NCBI GenBank assembly: GCA_009886115.1 | Contig: VFJJ01000018.1 | Span: 62,001-110,115, forward strand | Length of the DNA stretch: 48,115 bases | From: Actinomycetota bacterium | GTDB taxonomy: Bacteria; Actinomycetota; Acidimicrobiia; IMCC26256; VFJJ01 | Direction of reading: 5' to 3' | Shown here: in pieces, positions 37,904 to 48,115 of the stretch | Numbering within the stretch: the first letter of the stretch is position 1 | Layout: each line of letters begins with the position of its first letter | Made by a program: the position numbers and the translations under genes | Notes under the pieces: model-generated | Database searches by the model: none | What the model saw: the letters and a program-made list of their open reading frames with translations, nothing else | What the model was told of the DNA's origin: nothing

Positions 37904-38617
37904 ATGAACAAGCGATTCGCAGCCATCGGGCTCACTGCCGGTCTCGTCGCCGGCGCCGGCGCCGGTCTGGCCCTCGGAGGGCCCGGCCTCGTCGGCGCCG
38001 CATCGAGCGACTCGACCACGGAGTCGACCACCGCCAACGGAGCCACCAACCTCCAGACCGACACGTCGAGCACGGCCGACTCGGCCGGGTCCGACGCTCC
38101 CTTCGACCGCAACGCCCGTCTGCAGGAGGTGTTGGCTCCGCTGGTGGCCGACGGAACCATCACCCAGGCCCAGGCCGACGCCGTGGTCGCCCGCCTCATC
38201 GAGGCTGCGCCCCTCCGGGGCCCCGGTGGGCACGGTCCTGGACACCACGGCGGCCAGCGTGGTCCGCGCCTCGACGCCGCGGCTGAGGCCATCGGCATCA
38301 CGGCCGAGGAGCTCGGCCAGGCCTTGCGTGCCGGTTCGACGGTCGCCGAGGTCGCCGCGGCGAACGGGGTCGATGTGCAGACCGTGATCGACGCCATGGT
38401 TGCGCAGGTCGAGACCCATCTCGCCGAGGAAGTGGCTGCTGGCGAGAAGACCCAGGCCGAGGCCGACGAGATCCTGGCCAATGCCCCCGAGCGCATCACC
38501 GCCGCCATCAACGGTGAGCTCCGCGAGCGTGGGTTTGGCGGTGGTCCCGGCCATCACGGTCCCGACACTGACGGCGGCGACGCTGCCGACGACGTGACCA
38601 CCACGACCGGGAGCTGA
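37904..38617 (+). CDS. Secreted helical hypothetical protein with Gly/His-rich segments, upstream of a two-component system
   Basis: Signal peptide 'MNKRFAAIGLTAGLVAG', repeated 'LVADGTITQAQAD'/'VAAGEKTQAEAD'; AAGGAG RBS. Confidence 0.85.
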   Translation: MNKRFAAIGLTAGLVAGAGAGLALGGPGLVGAASSDSTTESTTANGATNLQTDTSSTADSAGSDAPFDRNARLQEVLAPLVADGTITQAQADAVVARLIEAAPLRGPGGHGPGHHGGQRGPRLDAAAEAIGITAEELGQALRAGSTVAEVAAANGVDVQTVIDAMVAQVETHLAEEVAAGEKTQAEADEILANAPERITAAINGELRERGFGGGPGHHGPDTDGGDAADDVTTTTGS

Positions 38618-38653
38618 GCCAGCCCGAGCGTTCCCCCTCCACCAGCTGCGCCG

Positions 38654-38697
38654 ACCCGAGTGCGGGCCGCCTCCCCCGGCGGCCCGCACCCGGGTTT
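38654..38697 (+). terminator. Intrinsic terminator-like hairpin
   Basis: acccgagtgcgggccgcc...ggcggcccgcacccgggt followed by a short T run. Confidence 0.6.
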
Positions 38698-38741
38698 CGG
38701 GCATCGCCGGGGAGGCTCCCGTCCCGAGGCAGGATGACGAC

Positions 38742-39427
<686 letters not shown>

Positions 39428-39431
<4 letters not shown>

Positions 39432-40801
39432 GCCTGCGGGCCAAGCTGGTACTGGGTTTGGTCGCCCTCGCCGCTTTCGCGACGGTGGCCATCGGGGTGT
39501 CGAGCTACGTGAGCATCCGCGACCGGCTCTACGGCGAGGTCGACGATTCGCTCGAGTTGGCTGCGGTGAGGTTGGCCGCGTTGCGCTTCGATGGCCGTGC
39601 TGGAGGTTCCGGAGCGGGTGATCGGCGCCAAGGGCTCCCGCTCGAGCTCGCCGACGGTTTCGATCGGCCTCGGAGCTTCGAGCAGATCCTCGTCCAGGTG
39701 ATCGACGGCAACGGCACCGTACGAGCGGCGCCGGCCACGGGAGCACTGCCCGTCGGCGATCGGGAGCTGGCGGTCGCCACCGCCACGCGGCCCCGCTCGG
39801 CGTTCCGTCGCGATGTCGAGCTCGACGGTGAGCCGTACCGGCTGCTGACGGTCGCGCGCGACGAAGGACGTGGTGCGGTGATGGTGGCTCGGAGCCTGGC
39901 CGAGACCCGTCGATCGCTCGATGCCATCCGTGACCGCACGGCCGCGGCCGCAGTGCTGGTGACGCTCGCCACGGGCTTGGCTGGCTGGCTCGTCGCTCAT
40001 CAGCTGACCCGGCGGCTGCTCGCGCTCACCCTTGCCGCCGAGCAGGTTGCGAGCACCTCCCGCCTCGACGTCCCCATCCTGGTCGGCGGGCGCGACGAGG
40101 CCGGCCGGCTCGCCGGTGCGTTCAGCCGGATGCTCGAGGCCCTGGCTCGATCGAAGGACTCGCAGCAACGTCTCGTTCAGGACGCCGGCCACGAGCTGCG
40201 CACCCCGCTCACCAGCCTCCGCACCAACGTGGCCGTGCTTCGGCGCTTCGAGCAGCTCTCGCCTGACGACCGGGCTCGGATCATCGGCGATCTCGACTCC
40301 GAGACCCGCGAGCTGGGCCATCTCGTCGAGGAGATCGTGGTGTTGGCGAGTGGCGAGCCGGCGAGCACGCCGACGCAGGCGGTCCGTCTGGGCGAGCTCG
40401 CCGAGCAGGCCGCGGAACGCGTGCGCCGCCGCTCCAATCAGACGGTCCTGGTGGTCGCCGACAGCTCCACGATCGACGGTCGTCCCGCCGCCCTCGAGCG
40501 GGCGATCACGAACCTGCTCGACAACGCCGTGAAGTTCTCCGACGACCAGGCCGAGCCGATCGAGCTCACGGTCGAGAACGGTCGGATCACGGTGTGCGAC
40601 CGGGGGCCGGGCATCTCGTCCGATGATCTGCCCCACGTCTTCGACCGTTTCTATCGGGCCGTCGACGCCCGCAGCCGCCCAGGCTCGGGTCTGGGACTGG
40701 CGATCGTCCGCGATGCAGCCGAGGCGCACGGCGGGACGGTGTTCGCCCGTCCCCGGGCCGGAGGCGGCGTCTGCGTGGGTTTCGAGGTGCCTCTGGCGTG
40801 A
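39428..40801 (+). CDS. HAMP sensor histidine kinase (MprB-like)
   Basis: Two TMs, 'DAGHELRTPLTS', 'NLLDNAVKFS', 'DRGPGI', 'GSGLGL'. Confidence 0.95.
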
Positions 40802-40834
40802 TCGCACGGTTTCGATGGTGGCAGGCTCTCGTCC

Positions 40835-41845
40835 ATGAAGATCGACAGCTCACTCACCAAGTCCATTGCCGACACCGCCGACGACGCCCGGTCGATCGAG
40901 GCCGAGGGCTACGACGGGCTCTGGGTCGGCGAGACCAAGCACGATCCCTTCATGCAGCTGCTGATCGCGGCGCAGGCGACCGAGCGCGTCGCCATCGGCA
41001 CGTCGATCGCCATCGCGTTCGCCCGCACCCCGATGACCGTCGCCCATTCGGCCTACGATCTGGCGCAGTATTGCCAGGGCCGCTTCGTGCTGGGCCTCGG
41101 CTCGCAGATCAAGCCCCACATCGAGAAGCGCTTCGGGATGCCCTGGTCGCAGCCGGCGAAACGGATGCGGGAGTTCGTGCTGGCACTGCGCGCCATCTGG
41201 GCGTGCTGGCACGAGGGTGCGCCGCTCGACGTTCGCGGTGAGTTCTATCGCCACACCCTGATGACCCCCTTCTTCTCGCCCGATGCTCACCCGTACGGCC
41301 CTCCGCCGGTGTACCTCGCTGGCGTCGGCGTGCACATGACCGAGGTTGCCGGCGAGGTGTGCGACGGCTTCTTCTTCCACCCGCTCACGACCACCAGGTA
41401 TGTGTCCGAAGTGACGGTCCCGGCCCTCGACCGGGGACGGGCCCGATCGGGTCGCGACGCAAGCAGCTTCACGGTGTGCGGACCGGCGTTCGTGTGCGCC
41501 GGCCGGACCGACCAGGAGATGGCCCGGGCCATCAAGGGAACGAAGGCCCAGATCGCGTTCTACGCCTCGACCCCGGCGTACCGGCCGGTCCTCGAGCTTC
41601 ACGGCTGGGGCGACCTCCAGCCCGAGCTGACCACCCTCACCAAGCAGGGCCGCTGGGCTGACATGGGCGCTCTCATCGACGACGAGATGCTCGACGTCTT
41701 CGCCGCCGTCGGCGATCCGCAGACCGTCGGGCGGGTGTTGCACGAGCGCTTCGGCTCGTTCGCATCCCGTATCCAGCTCTATGTGAACTATCCCGCCGAG
41801 GCGGCGCTCGTCAACGAGGTTGTCGCCGCCGTGCGCGGTGCCTGA
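40835..41845 (+). CDS. F420-dependent LLM-class oxidoreductase (TIGR03617-like)
   Basis: 'ETKHDPF', 'IAIAFARTPM', 'LGLGSQIKPHIEKRF', 'QIAFYASTPAY'. Confidence 0.9.
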   Translation: MKIDSSLTKSIADTADDARSIEAEGYDGLWVGETKHDPFMQLLIAAQATERVAIGTSIAIAFARTPMTVAHSAYDLAQYCQGRFVLGLGSQIKPHIEKRFGMPWSQPAKRMREFVLALRAIWACWHEGAPLDVRGEFYRHTLMTPFFSPDAHPYGPPPVYLAGVGVHMTEVAGEVCDGFFFHPLTTTRYVSEVTVPALDRGRARSGRDASSFTVCGPAFVCAGRTDQEMARAIKGTKAQIAFYASTPAYRPVLELHGWGDLQPELTTLTKQGRWADMGALIDDEMLDVFAAVGDPQTVGRVLHERFGSFASRIQLYVNYPAEAALVNEVVAAVRGA

Positions 41846-41862
41846 CGGCTCTCACGGTGGTG

Positions 41863-41896
41863 TCCGAGTCGCGCTCCCGCGGGAGCGCGACTCGGA
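41863..41896. terminator. Perfect 34-bp palindrome after the LLM gene; probable terminator between convergent genes
   Basis: tccgagtcgcgctcccg|cgggagcgcgactcgga. Confidence 0.65.
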
Positions 41897-42013
41897 TGGC
41901 GAGTTCGACCGGGTGCGTTCTTTCACGGCGTTGCTCCCGGTGTTGTTCATCGTGGTGGCAGGTGCCGGGGGCCAATTATGTGGGGCGGACGATCATCCGT
42001 TGTACGTAGCGCG

Positions 42014-42058
42014 TCACCGGGTTCACCGGGTTCACCGGGCTCACCGGGCTCACCGGGT
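42014..42058. repeat. (TCACCGGGY) x5 9-bp tandem repeat
   Basis: Read directly. Confidence 0.92.
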
Positions 42059-42061
42059 TTC

Positions 42062-42098
42062 TTCGCGATTTGTCACCGGGGGTGCGCGAGATCGCGAA
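42062..42098 (+). repeat. 37-bp REP-like hairpin element, copy B
   Basis: ttcgcgatttgtcaccgggggtgcgcgagatcgcgaa; matches the reverse complement of 26900-26936. Confidence 0.8.
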
Positions 42099-42245
42099 GA
42101 AAGCCCGCTACTCGCCGGCCATCAGCATCGCGAGCAAGACATGGTGGCCGGCATGGCGACCGTTCTGTCGGTTTATCCGCACTGTCCGTGATGGCGCAAG
42201 CGCCGGAACGCCGAAGCGCCGAACCGCCGGTGCCAACCCGGTGGG

Positions 42246-43010
42246 TCAGTTGCGCATGTAGGCGCCGCCGCTGATGTTGATGATCTCGCCGGTGAGATGG
42301 GGGACCTTGTCGGAGGCGACGAAGGCGATCATCTCGGCGATCTCGGCCGGGTCGGGCAGGCTGCGGAGCGGGCCCATGGTGTCGGTGCGCTCGAACAACT
42401 CGGGATGGTCGTCGGAGAACTTGGTGTTCTTGAGCAGCCCCATGGCCACGGCGACGCAGCGGATCTTGTGTGGACCACCCTCGTGGGCACACGACCGGGT
42501 GAGCGTGTGGAGACCACCTTTGGAGACGGCGTAGGGAGCCTCGATGCCGGCGCCTCCGACGTCGGGAGCGTACGTGGAGGTGTTGACGATGACGCCTCCA
42601 CCGGCGTCGCGCATGATGGGCATGACCGCGCGGCAGAGATACCAGGCGCCCGAGAGGTTCACGCGCATGACCCAGTCCCAGTTCTCGGGGTCGTAGTCGA
42701 AGATCGAGCCCATCACGTTGATCGTGGCGTTGTTGACGAGGATCTGGATGGGCCCGAGCGTGCGGCTCACCTCGGCCACGACCGCGTCGATCTGCTCGCG
42801 GCTCCCGGCGTCGAGCGGGATGCCGACCACCGTGGTTTCGGGGTAGTCGGCCGCCATGGCGTCGGCCACGGCCCGGCATCGTCGCTCGTGGATGTCGGTC
42901 ACGACCACGCGTGCCCCGCCTGCCGCGAGCCGTCGGGCCGCAGCCTGTCCCACGCCCTTGCCTGCCGCTGCGGTCACCAGGGCGATCCGTCCGTCGAACT
43001 CCGTCGCCAT
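42246..43010 (-). CDS. SDR oxidoreductase (TAAAGxG type, reminiscent of steroid-pathway IpdF)
   Basis: 'LVTAAAGKGVG', 'LVNNA', 'YAVSK'. Confidence 0.88.
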   Translation of the reverse strand: MATEFDGRIALVTAAAGKGVGQAAARRLAAGGARVVVTDIHERRCRAVADAMAADYPETTVVGIPLDAGSREQIDAVVAEVSRTLGPIQILVNNATINVMGSIFDYDPENWDWVMRVNLSGAWYLCRAVMPIMRDAGGGVIVNTSTYAPDVGGAGIEAPYAVSKGGLHTLTRSCAHEGGPHKIRCVAVAMGLLKNTKFSDDHPELFERTDTMGPLRSLPDPAEIAEMIAFVASDKVPHLTGEIINISGGAYMRN

Positions 43011-43078
43011 CGTGGTCGTTCCTTTCGACGTGGAGGAGGCCCCCCGGTGTGTGGGATTGCCCAGGCTCGAGTCTCGGT

Positions 43079-43933
43079 TCAGCTCATCGTGAGGCCGCCG
43101 CTCACCGAGAGCGTCTGGCCGGTCATGTAGGCAGCGTCGTCGCCGGCCAGGAAGGCAACGACCCTGGCGACATCGGCCGGCTGACCGATGCGCCGCAAGG
43201 GGATGGCCCGAGCGAGCCCGTCGTAGAGCTTCTGGCTGGCCGCCGCCACCTGGTCGAGCAACGCCGTGTCGGTGGGGCCGGGGCAGACGCAGTTCACCGT
43301 GATGTTGTGCCGGGCATGCTCTCGGGCCAGGGTCTTGGTGAAGGCGATGACCCCACCCTTGGTGGCCGAGTACACGGCCTCGCCCGAGGAGCCGACCCGC
43401 CCGGCGTCGGAGCCCATGTTGATGATGGTGCCGGCCTGTCGCTCGACCATCCCGGGGAGCACGGCCTTGCAGGTGTTGAAGAGCCCCTTGAGGTTGACGG
43501 CGATGATGCGGTCCCAGTCGCTCTCGTCGGTGTCGAGGAACGGGGCGATGACGTCGATGCCGGCGTTGTTGACGACGATGTCGATCGGGCCCAGCTCGGT
43601 GACGGTGCATGTGACGGCCGCCGCCACGCTGGCGGCAGAGGTGACGTCGGCCGTGATGCCGACACACCGTCGACCGGCGTGGGCGTCGGCCCCGGTGTCG
43701 GCCCCGGCCCCGGCGTCGCGGCTGGGCGCTGTGAGCGCGCCTGCAACCGTGTCGGCCCGCTCGCCGTCGAGGTCCCACACCGCGACCCGGGCCCCTCGGG
43801 CGGCGAGCTCGGCGGCGATCGCCTCGCCGATGCCCCGTCCGCCGCCGGTGACCACGGCGACCCGCCCGTCGAGGGTCAGCGCGGCCGCCCGAGGTGTTCC
43901 GTGCTGCTCGGTCTCGCTGCGGGCATCCACCAT
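43079..43933 (-). CDS. SDR oxidoreductase (FabG/BadH-like)
   Basis: 'TGGGRGIG', 'NNAG', 'SDAGRVGSSGEAVYSATK', 'CPGPTDT'; start uncertain. Confidence 0.9.
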   Translation of the reverse strand: MVDARSETEQHGTPRAAALTLDGRVAVVTGGGRGIGEAIAAELAARGARVAVWDLDGERADTVAGALTAPSRDAGAGADTGADAHAGRRCVGITADVTSAASVAAAVTCTVTELGPIDIVVNNAGIDVIAPFLDTDESDWDRIIAVNLKGLFNTCKAVLPGMVERQAGTIINMGSDAGRVGSSGEAVYSATKGGVIAFTKTLAREHARHNITVNCVCPGPTDTALLDQVAAASQKLYDGLARAIPLRRIGQPADVARVVAFLAGDDAAYMTGQTLSVSGGLTMS

Positions 43934-44028
43934 TTTCGCACAATAGGGTCTAACGATTTTGCGGGACGAGTTCCCGCATGGGCCTGGGCCCAGAGTGAAC
44001 CGTCCGCAGACCACGACGAGGAGCGCGA

Positions 44029-44514
44029 GTGACCGAGAACCCCCTTGACGGTGTGCCCGAGCTGATTCACGGTCGGACCTGGGAGGACATGCCCGTCGGT
44101 TTCGCGTTCCGCACTTCTGCCCGCACGCTCACCGAGGCCGACGTCCGGGCCTTCGTGAACGTGATCGGGCTCAACGAGCCGTTGTTCTACGACGCCCGCG
44201 CCGGCATCGCGGCCGGATACAGCCAGATGCCGGTACCCGGGATGATGACGTTCTCGGTGTCGGACGGGCTGGTGATCCAGGGCGGCTCGCTGCACGGCAC
44301 GGGCATGGCCTTCGTGCACACCGACCTCGACATCAAGGGGCCGGTGTACGTGGGCGACACGCTCACGGTCCTCGTCGAGGTCACCGAGTCGCGCCCGACG
44401 AGCAAGCCTGGGCGCGGCCTCGTCACCACGCGCAACACGGTGTACAACCAGCGAAACGAGGTGGTGATGGTGTACACGCCCGTCCGCCTCACCAAGGGGC
44501 GCGACGCGAGCTGA
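44029..44514 (+). CDS. MaoC-family dehydratase
   Basis: 'RTLTEADV..F', 'PGMMT', 'PVYVGDTL', 'NQRNEVV'. Confidence 0.88.
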   Translation: MTENPLDGVPELIHGRTWEDMPVGFAFRTSARTLTEADVRAFVNVIGLNEPLFYDARAGIAAGYSQMPVPGMMTFSVSDGLVIQGGSLHGTGMAFVHTDLDIKGPVYVGDTLTVLVEVTESRPTSKPGRGLVTTRNTVYNQRNEVVMVYTPVRLTKGRDAS

Positions 44515-44525
44515 CGCCGGTCGCC

Positions 44526-45317
44526 TCAACCGCCCGGGAACACCGCCGGTCGGCGCTCGAGGAAAGCGCGCACGCCCTCGGCCCGGTCGGCGGTGTCGAA
44601 GAGCGCGCTCACCAGCTCGCGTTCGAGCGCGATGCCCGAGCGCAGCGGGAGCTCGGCTCCTTCTCGTACCAGACGCTTGGCGGTGGCGATCGCGGCTGCC
44701 GGTCCGGCGGCGAGTCGATGGGCCAGCGCGATCGCGGCGTCGAGCGCACCGCCAGCGGGCACGACCTCGTCGACGAAGCCGTGGCGCAGCGCATCGGCAG
44801 CGGTCAGCTGATCGCCGGTGACGAGCAGGCGCAGCGCCGTCGAACGCGGCACGATCCTGAGGATGCGCTGGGTTCCCGCGGCGCCGGGGAGCAGTCCCAG
44901 GGCGATCTCGGGGAGTCCCAGACGGGCGCTCTCGTCGGCGATGCGGAGGTCGCACGCCAGCGCCAGCTCGAACCCGCCGCCCAGGGCGAGGCCGTGCACC
45001 GCGGCGATCACGGGTTTCGGGATCAGCTCGATCTGGGCGAACACCCCTTCCAGCGTGGTGATGAACGCCCGGAACGCCACCCCGTCGACCAGCGCCCCGA
45101 ACTCGGCGATGTCGGCCCCGGCGCTGAAGGCCCGTCCGGCGCCGGTGACCACGACCGCCCGCACCGCCGGGTCGTCGGCCGCGACGCCCAGCTCGCGACC
45201 GAGCGCTGCGGTCTGGGCGGCGTCGAAGGCGTTGAGCTTGTCGGGCCGGTCGAGTGTGAGCACCGTGACCGGGCCGTCGCGGGTGGCCCGAACCGGTGTC
45301 GCGGGCGAGGTGCTCAT
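44526..45317 (-). CDS. Enoyl-CoA hydratase/isomerase
   Basis: 'AFSAGADI', 'GGGFELALACD', 'LGLPEIALGLLPG'. Confidence 0.93.
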   Translation of the reverse strand: MSTSPATPVRATRDGPVTVLTLDRPDKLNAFDAAQTAALGRELGVAADDPAVRAVVVTGAGRAFSAGADIAEFGALVDGVAFRAFITTLEGVFAQIELIPKPVIAAVHGLALGGGFELALACDLRIADESARLGLPEIALGLLPGAAGTQRILRIVPRSTALRLLVTGDQLTAADALRHGFVDEVVPAGGALDAAIALAHRLAAGPAAAIATAKRLVREGAELPLRSGIALERELVSALFDTADRAEGVRAFLERRPAVFPGG

Positions 45318-45394
45318 CGGGCGACAGTACCCGTCGGTGCGGTCGACCGTCGGGTGCCCGGCCACTCATAAGATGCCGCCGTCCGGTCGGTGCG

Positions 45395-45949
45395 ATGACG
45401 GAGCTGCCCATGAGCGCACAGCGGTTTCCCGTCGAGGCCGCACAGATCATGCTGTTCGCGCGGGCCATAGGAGATCCCAACCCGATCTACAGCGACGAAG
45501 ACCACGCCCTGGCCAGCGAGGTCGGTTCGGTCATCGCCCCACCGACCTTCGTGCAATCGAGCGCACAGCACGACCCCGATTACCACCTCCGTCCGAAGAT
45601 CGGGGAGCCCTGGTTCGGCTCGGGGCGCGAGCCGACGGGGGTGCCCCGCCAGCTCCGGAACGGCAGCGGTGGTGGTGGTGGTGGTGGCGGTGGTGGCGGT
45701 GGGCTGCATGCCGAGCAGCACTACCAGTACCACCGGCCGCTCCGGGCCGGCGACACGCTCTCCGCCGTCACCCGTCCTGGAGCGACCTGGGAGAAGGTCG
45801 GGCGCCGTTCGGGCTCCCTGCATTTCAGCGAGACCATCACCGAGTACCGCGACGCCGCCACCGGCGAGCTGGTGGTGACCGCCCGGGCCGTCGGCGTCCG
45901 CACCGAGCGTGCCGTGACGCAGGATCCTCCAGCCTCACGGGAGGCGTGA
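45395..45949 (+). CDS. MaoC N-terminal-type dehydratase subunit with a 12-Gly insertion
   Basis: 'FARAIGDPNPIY', 'APPTF', 'LHAEQHYQYHRP'; GGN run at 45668-45703. Confidence 0.88.
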   Translation: MTELPMSAQRFPVEAAQIMLFARAIGDPNPIYSDEDHALASEVGSVIAPPTFVQSSAQHDPDYHLRPKIGEPWFGSGREPTGVPRQLRNGSGGGGGGGGGGGGLHAEQHYQYHRPLRAGDTLSAVTRPGATWEKVGRRSGSLHFSETITEYRDAATGELVVTARAVGVRTERAVTQDPPASREA

Positions 45950-45951
45950 CG

Positions 45952-46386
45952 ATGGCGCTCTCGGCGAGTGATCTCTGCGTTGGCGACGAGCGGACGGCCG
46001 TCGTCGTCGACAACCTCACGCGCACGCAGCTCGTCCAGTACGCCGGCGCCTCGGGCGATTACAACCCGCTCCACACCGACGAGGTGTACACGACCCAGGT
46101 GGCCGGGTACCCGAGCGTGTTCGCCCACGGGATGCTCAGCATGGGCGCCACCGCACGGATCATCACCGACTGGGTGGGCGACGGGCGACTGCTCAGCTAT
46201 GGCGTCCGCTTCGTCAAACAGGTGTGGCCCGGTGACACCCTCACCGCCCGGGCGACCGTCGTCGCCGTGCAGGTCCCGGCCCAAGGGAGCGGCGACCATC
46301 CGGTCGTCGAGCTCGCGGTCGTCACAACCAACCAGCACGGCGAGGAGGTCGTCACCGGGACGGCCACCGCCCGCCTCGATCCCTGA
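45952..46386 (+). CDS. MaoC-family dehydratase (catalytic subunit)
   Basis: Hydratase-2 motif 'YAGASGDYNPLH', 'AHGM'. Confidence 0.92.
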   Translation: MALSASDLCVGDERTAVVVDNLTRTQLVQYAGASGDYNPLHTDEVYTTQVAGYPSVFAHGMLSMGATARIITDWVGDGRLLSYGVRFVKQVWPGDTLTARATVVAVQVPAQGSGDHPVVELAVVTTNQHGEEVVTGTATARLDP

Positions 46387-46389
46387 ACG

Positions 46390-47844
46390 ATGGGCACCGG
46401 GTCGGGGGATGTCATCGTCGGCGAGACCACGACGTGGTCGGAGCTGTTCGCTCGCCGGATGACCTCGCCCGAGCCCGCGGTCGTCACCAGCGGGGCGACG
46501 TGGAGCGGTATCGAGCTTGGTGCCCGTGCCGCGGGGGCGGCCGACTGGCTCGACCAGATCGGCGTGCCGGCAACGGGACCCGTCCCAGCGCTGGTCACGA
46601 CCAGGGCCGACTCGTTCGCGCTCACGATCGGGGCGCTGGGCTCGGGCCGGCACCTGGCGCCCCTCGGGCCCCGGCTCACCGAGCGCGAGCTCCTGGCCTG
46701 TCTCGCGGGCCTGGCCGCTCCGGTGCTCGTGGCCGAGGCCGACGTGGCCGACCACGCCCGGGCCGTGGGACGGGCCGCGGGCATGCGCGTCGAGATCGTC
46801 CCGGCGTTCGTCGCCTCGTCGCGACCGCTCGACCTCGACCACGGTGTCGACGACATCGCTGCGATCATCCACACCTCCGGGACGAGCGGACTCCCCAAGC
46901 CCGTCGCCTACCGGCAGCACCGCATGGCCCTGCGTACCCGGGTCAACGCCGGGCTCATCATGCTCGGGCCCGGATCGCTCTACGCCTCGGCATCGCCCTT
47001 CCACCACATCGCCGGGCTGGGGTTGCTCTTCGTGGCCCTGGGCGCAGGTGCAGCGCTGGTACCGCTGCCCCGCTTCACCGTCGACGCGTTCACGGAGATC
47101 GTCGAGCTCGGCGTCACCCACGCCGTGCTCGTCCCGACGATGGTCGAGGTTCTGCTCGACGAGGGGCGCCTGGTCCCTGGACGGCTGCGGCTGCTGCACT
47201 ACGGGGCGTCGCCCATCAGCCCGGCGACGCTGCGCCGGATGCTCGACGCGCTCCCTGGAGTGGCGCTGGCGCAGATCTACGGCCAGACCGAGGGCAGCCC
47301 CATCGCGTGCCTCACCGCGGCCGATCACGAGCTGGCCGCGAGCGGGCGCGACGACCTGCTCGGCTCCGCTGGCCGGGCCGCACCCGGGGTGGAGGTCGTG
47401 ATCGCCGATCCCGACGCTCGGGGTGTGGGCGAGGTCTGGGCTCGAGCCGACCACCTGTTCCAGCCCGACGCCGACGGCTGGCTGCGTACCGGTGATCTCG
47501 GCCGGCTCGACAGCGACGGCTACCTGTTCCTCAACGGCCGCAAGGGCGACATGATCATCCGAGGCGGCGAGAACGTGTATCCCGCCGAGGTCGAGGGGGT
47601 CATCGGCGCCCATCCCGGCGTGGCCGAGGTGGCGGTGGTGGGCGCGCCCGATGCTCGGCTGGGCCAACGGGTACTGGCCTACGTGGTCGCGGCCGATCGT
47701 GCGGCTCCGCCCGATCCCGAGGCCTTGCGCGTCCATGCCCGCCAAGGCCTCGCGGGCTTCAAGGTCCCGGCCGAGTGGGTGTTCATCGATGCGCTACCGC
47801 GCAATGCGGCGGGCAAGGTGCTGCGAAGGGAGCTTCCAACGTGA
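46390..47844 (+). CDS. AMP-dependent acyl-CoA synthetase/ligase
   Basis: 'HTSGTSGLPK', 'YGQTE', 'TGDLG', 'GRKGDMIIRGGENVYP', 'LPRNAAGKV'. Confidence 0.93.
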   Translation: MGTGSGDVIVGETTTWSELFARRMTSPEPAVVTSGATWSGIELGARAAGAADWLDQIGVPATGPVPALVTTRADSFALTIGALGSGRHLAPLGPRLTERELLACLAGLAAPVLVAEADVADHARAVGRAAGMRVEIVPAFVASSRPLDLDHGVDDIAAIIHTSGTSGLPKPVAYRQHRMALRTRVNAGLIMLGPGSLYASASPFHHIAGLGLLFVALGAGAALVPLPRFTVDAFTEIVELGVTHAVLVPTMVEVLLDEGRLVPGRLRLLHYGASPISPATLRRMLDALPGVALAQIYGQTEGSPIACLTAADHELAASGRDDLLGSAGRAAPGVEVVIADPDARGVGEVWARADHLFQPDADGWLRTGDLGRLDSDGYLFLNGRKGDMIIRGGENVYPAEVEGVIGAHPGVAEVAVVGAPDARLGQRVLAYVVAADRAAPPDPEALRVHARQGLAGFKVPAEWVFIDALPRNAAGKVLRRELPT

Positions 47845-48115
47845 GCGATCGAGCTCGAGGGCCCCGGTGGGGCGCGGTGTTGCCGGGCGACCGGCCGGTC
47901 GATCCCGACGGCATGGCCGTCGGCCGCTCGGTGGCTGAGGCCGGCTACGACGAGCTGTGGACGGGCGAAGTGGCTGGCCTCGACGCGGTCACCACCCTGG
48001 CGCTCGCCGGGGCCGGGGCCCGGGCGCTCGCGTTCGCGCTCCCGCTCCCGCTCCGAGCGGATCGGTCGCCAACCTCGCCAACCTCGCCAACCTCGCCAAC
48101 CTCGCCAACCTCGCC
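47841..48115 (+). CDS. LLM-class oxidoreductase N-terminus (partial), running into an in-frame (SPT)n repeat
   Basis: GTGA overlap with the ligase; frame reads 'AEAGYDELWTGEVAGLDAVTTLALA...LPLPLR' and stays open to the window end. Confidence 0.6.
   Translation, partial: MSDRARGPRWGAVLPGDRPVDPDGMAVGRSVAEAGYDELWTGEVAGLDAVTTLALAGAGARALAFALPLPLRADRSPTSPTSPTSPTSPTS
48066..48115. repeat. (TCGCCAACC) x5+ 9-bp tandem repeat at the window end
   Basis: Read directly. Confidence 0.92.

Noticed and set aside
41820..42191. 123-aa ORF across the intergenic repeats
   Set aside because: Runs through the palindrome, tandem repeat and REP element; no motif and atypical codon usage
43935..43966. Imperfect inverted repeat (CGCACAAT...ATTTTGCG) in the divergent SDR/MaoC promoter
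   Set aside because: Could be an operator, but too weak to support and no cognate regulator is visible

Overview
High-GC actinobacterial-type chromosomal segment; Acidimicrobiia-like by gene content, which is an inference. About 45 genes. Most are lipid/steroid/aromatic catabolic enzymes: four amidohydrolase_2 paralogs, a CoA transferase, paired and fused acyl-CoA dehydrogenases, SDRs, MaoC/crotonase hydratases, an acyl-CoA ligase, F420 LLM enzymes and TauD. Embedded among them are (i) a complete herA-sbcD(mre11)-sbcC(rad50)-nurA operon in the archaeal gene order; (ii) an AAA+/DUF4143 ATPase-nuclease gene preceded by a degenerate 23-bp-period array and an exact 36-bp copy of its own coding sequence; (iii) a MerB-like gene with a Glu at the catalytic Asp position, heading a DUF35/thiolase-like/amidohydrolase operon with no other mer genes; (iv) a fused double acyl-CoA dehydrogenase with a 9-bp VNTR (Ser-His-Asp)n linker; and (v) many short tandem repeats (often 9-bp units), REP-like hairpins and two probable pseudogenes. 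No tRNA, rRNA, transposase, integrase or CRISPR array was recognised. All calls come from motif recognition by eye; no searches were run.
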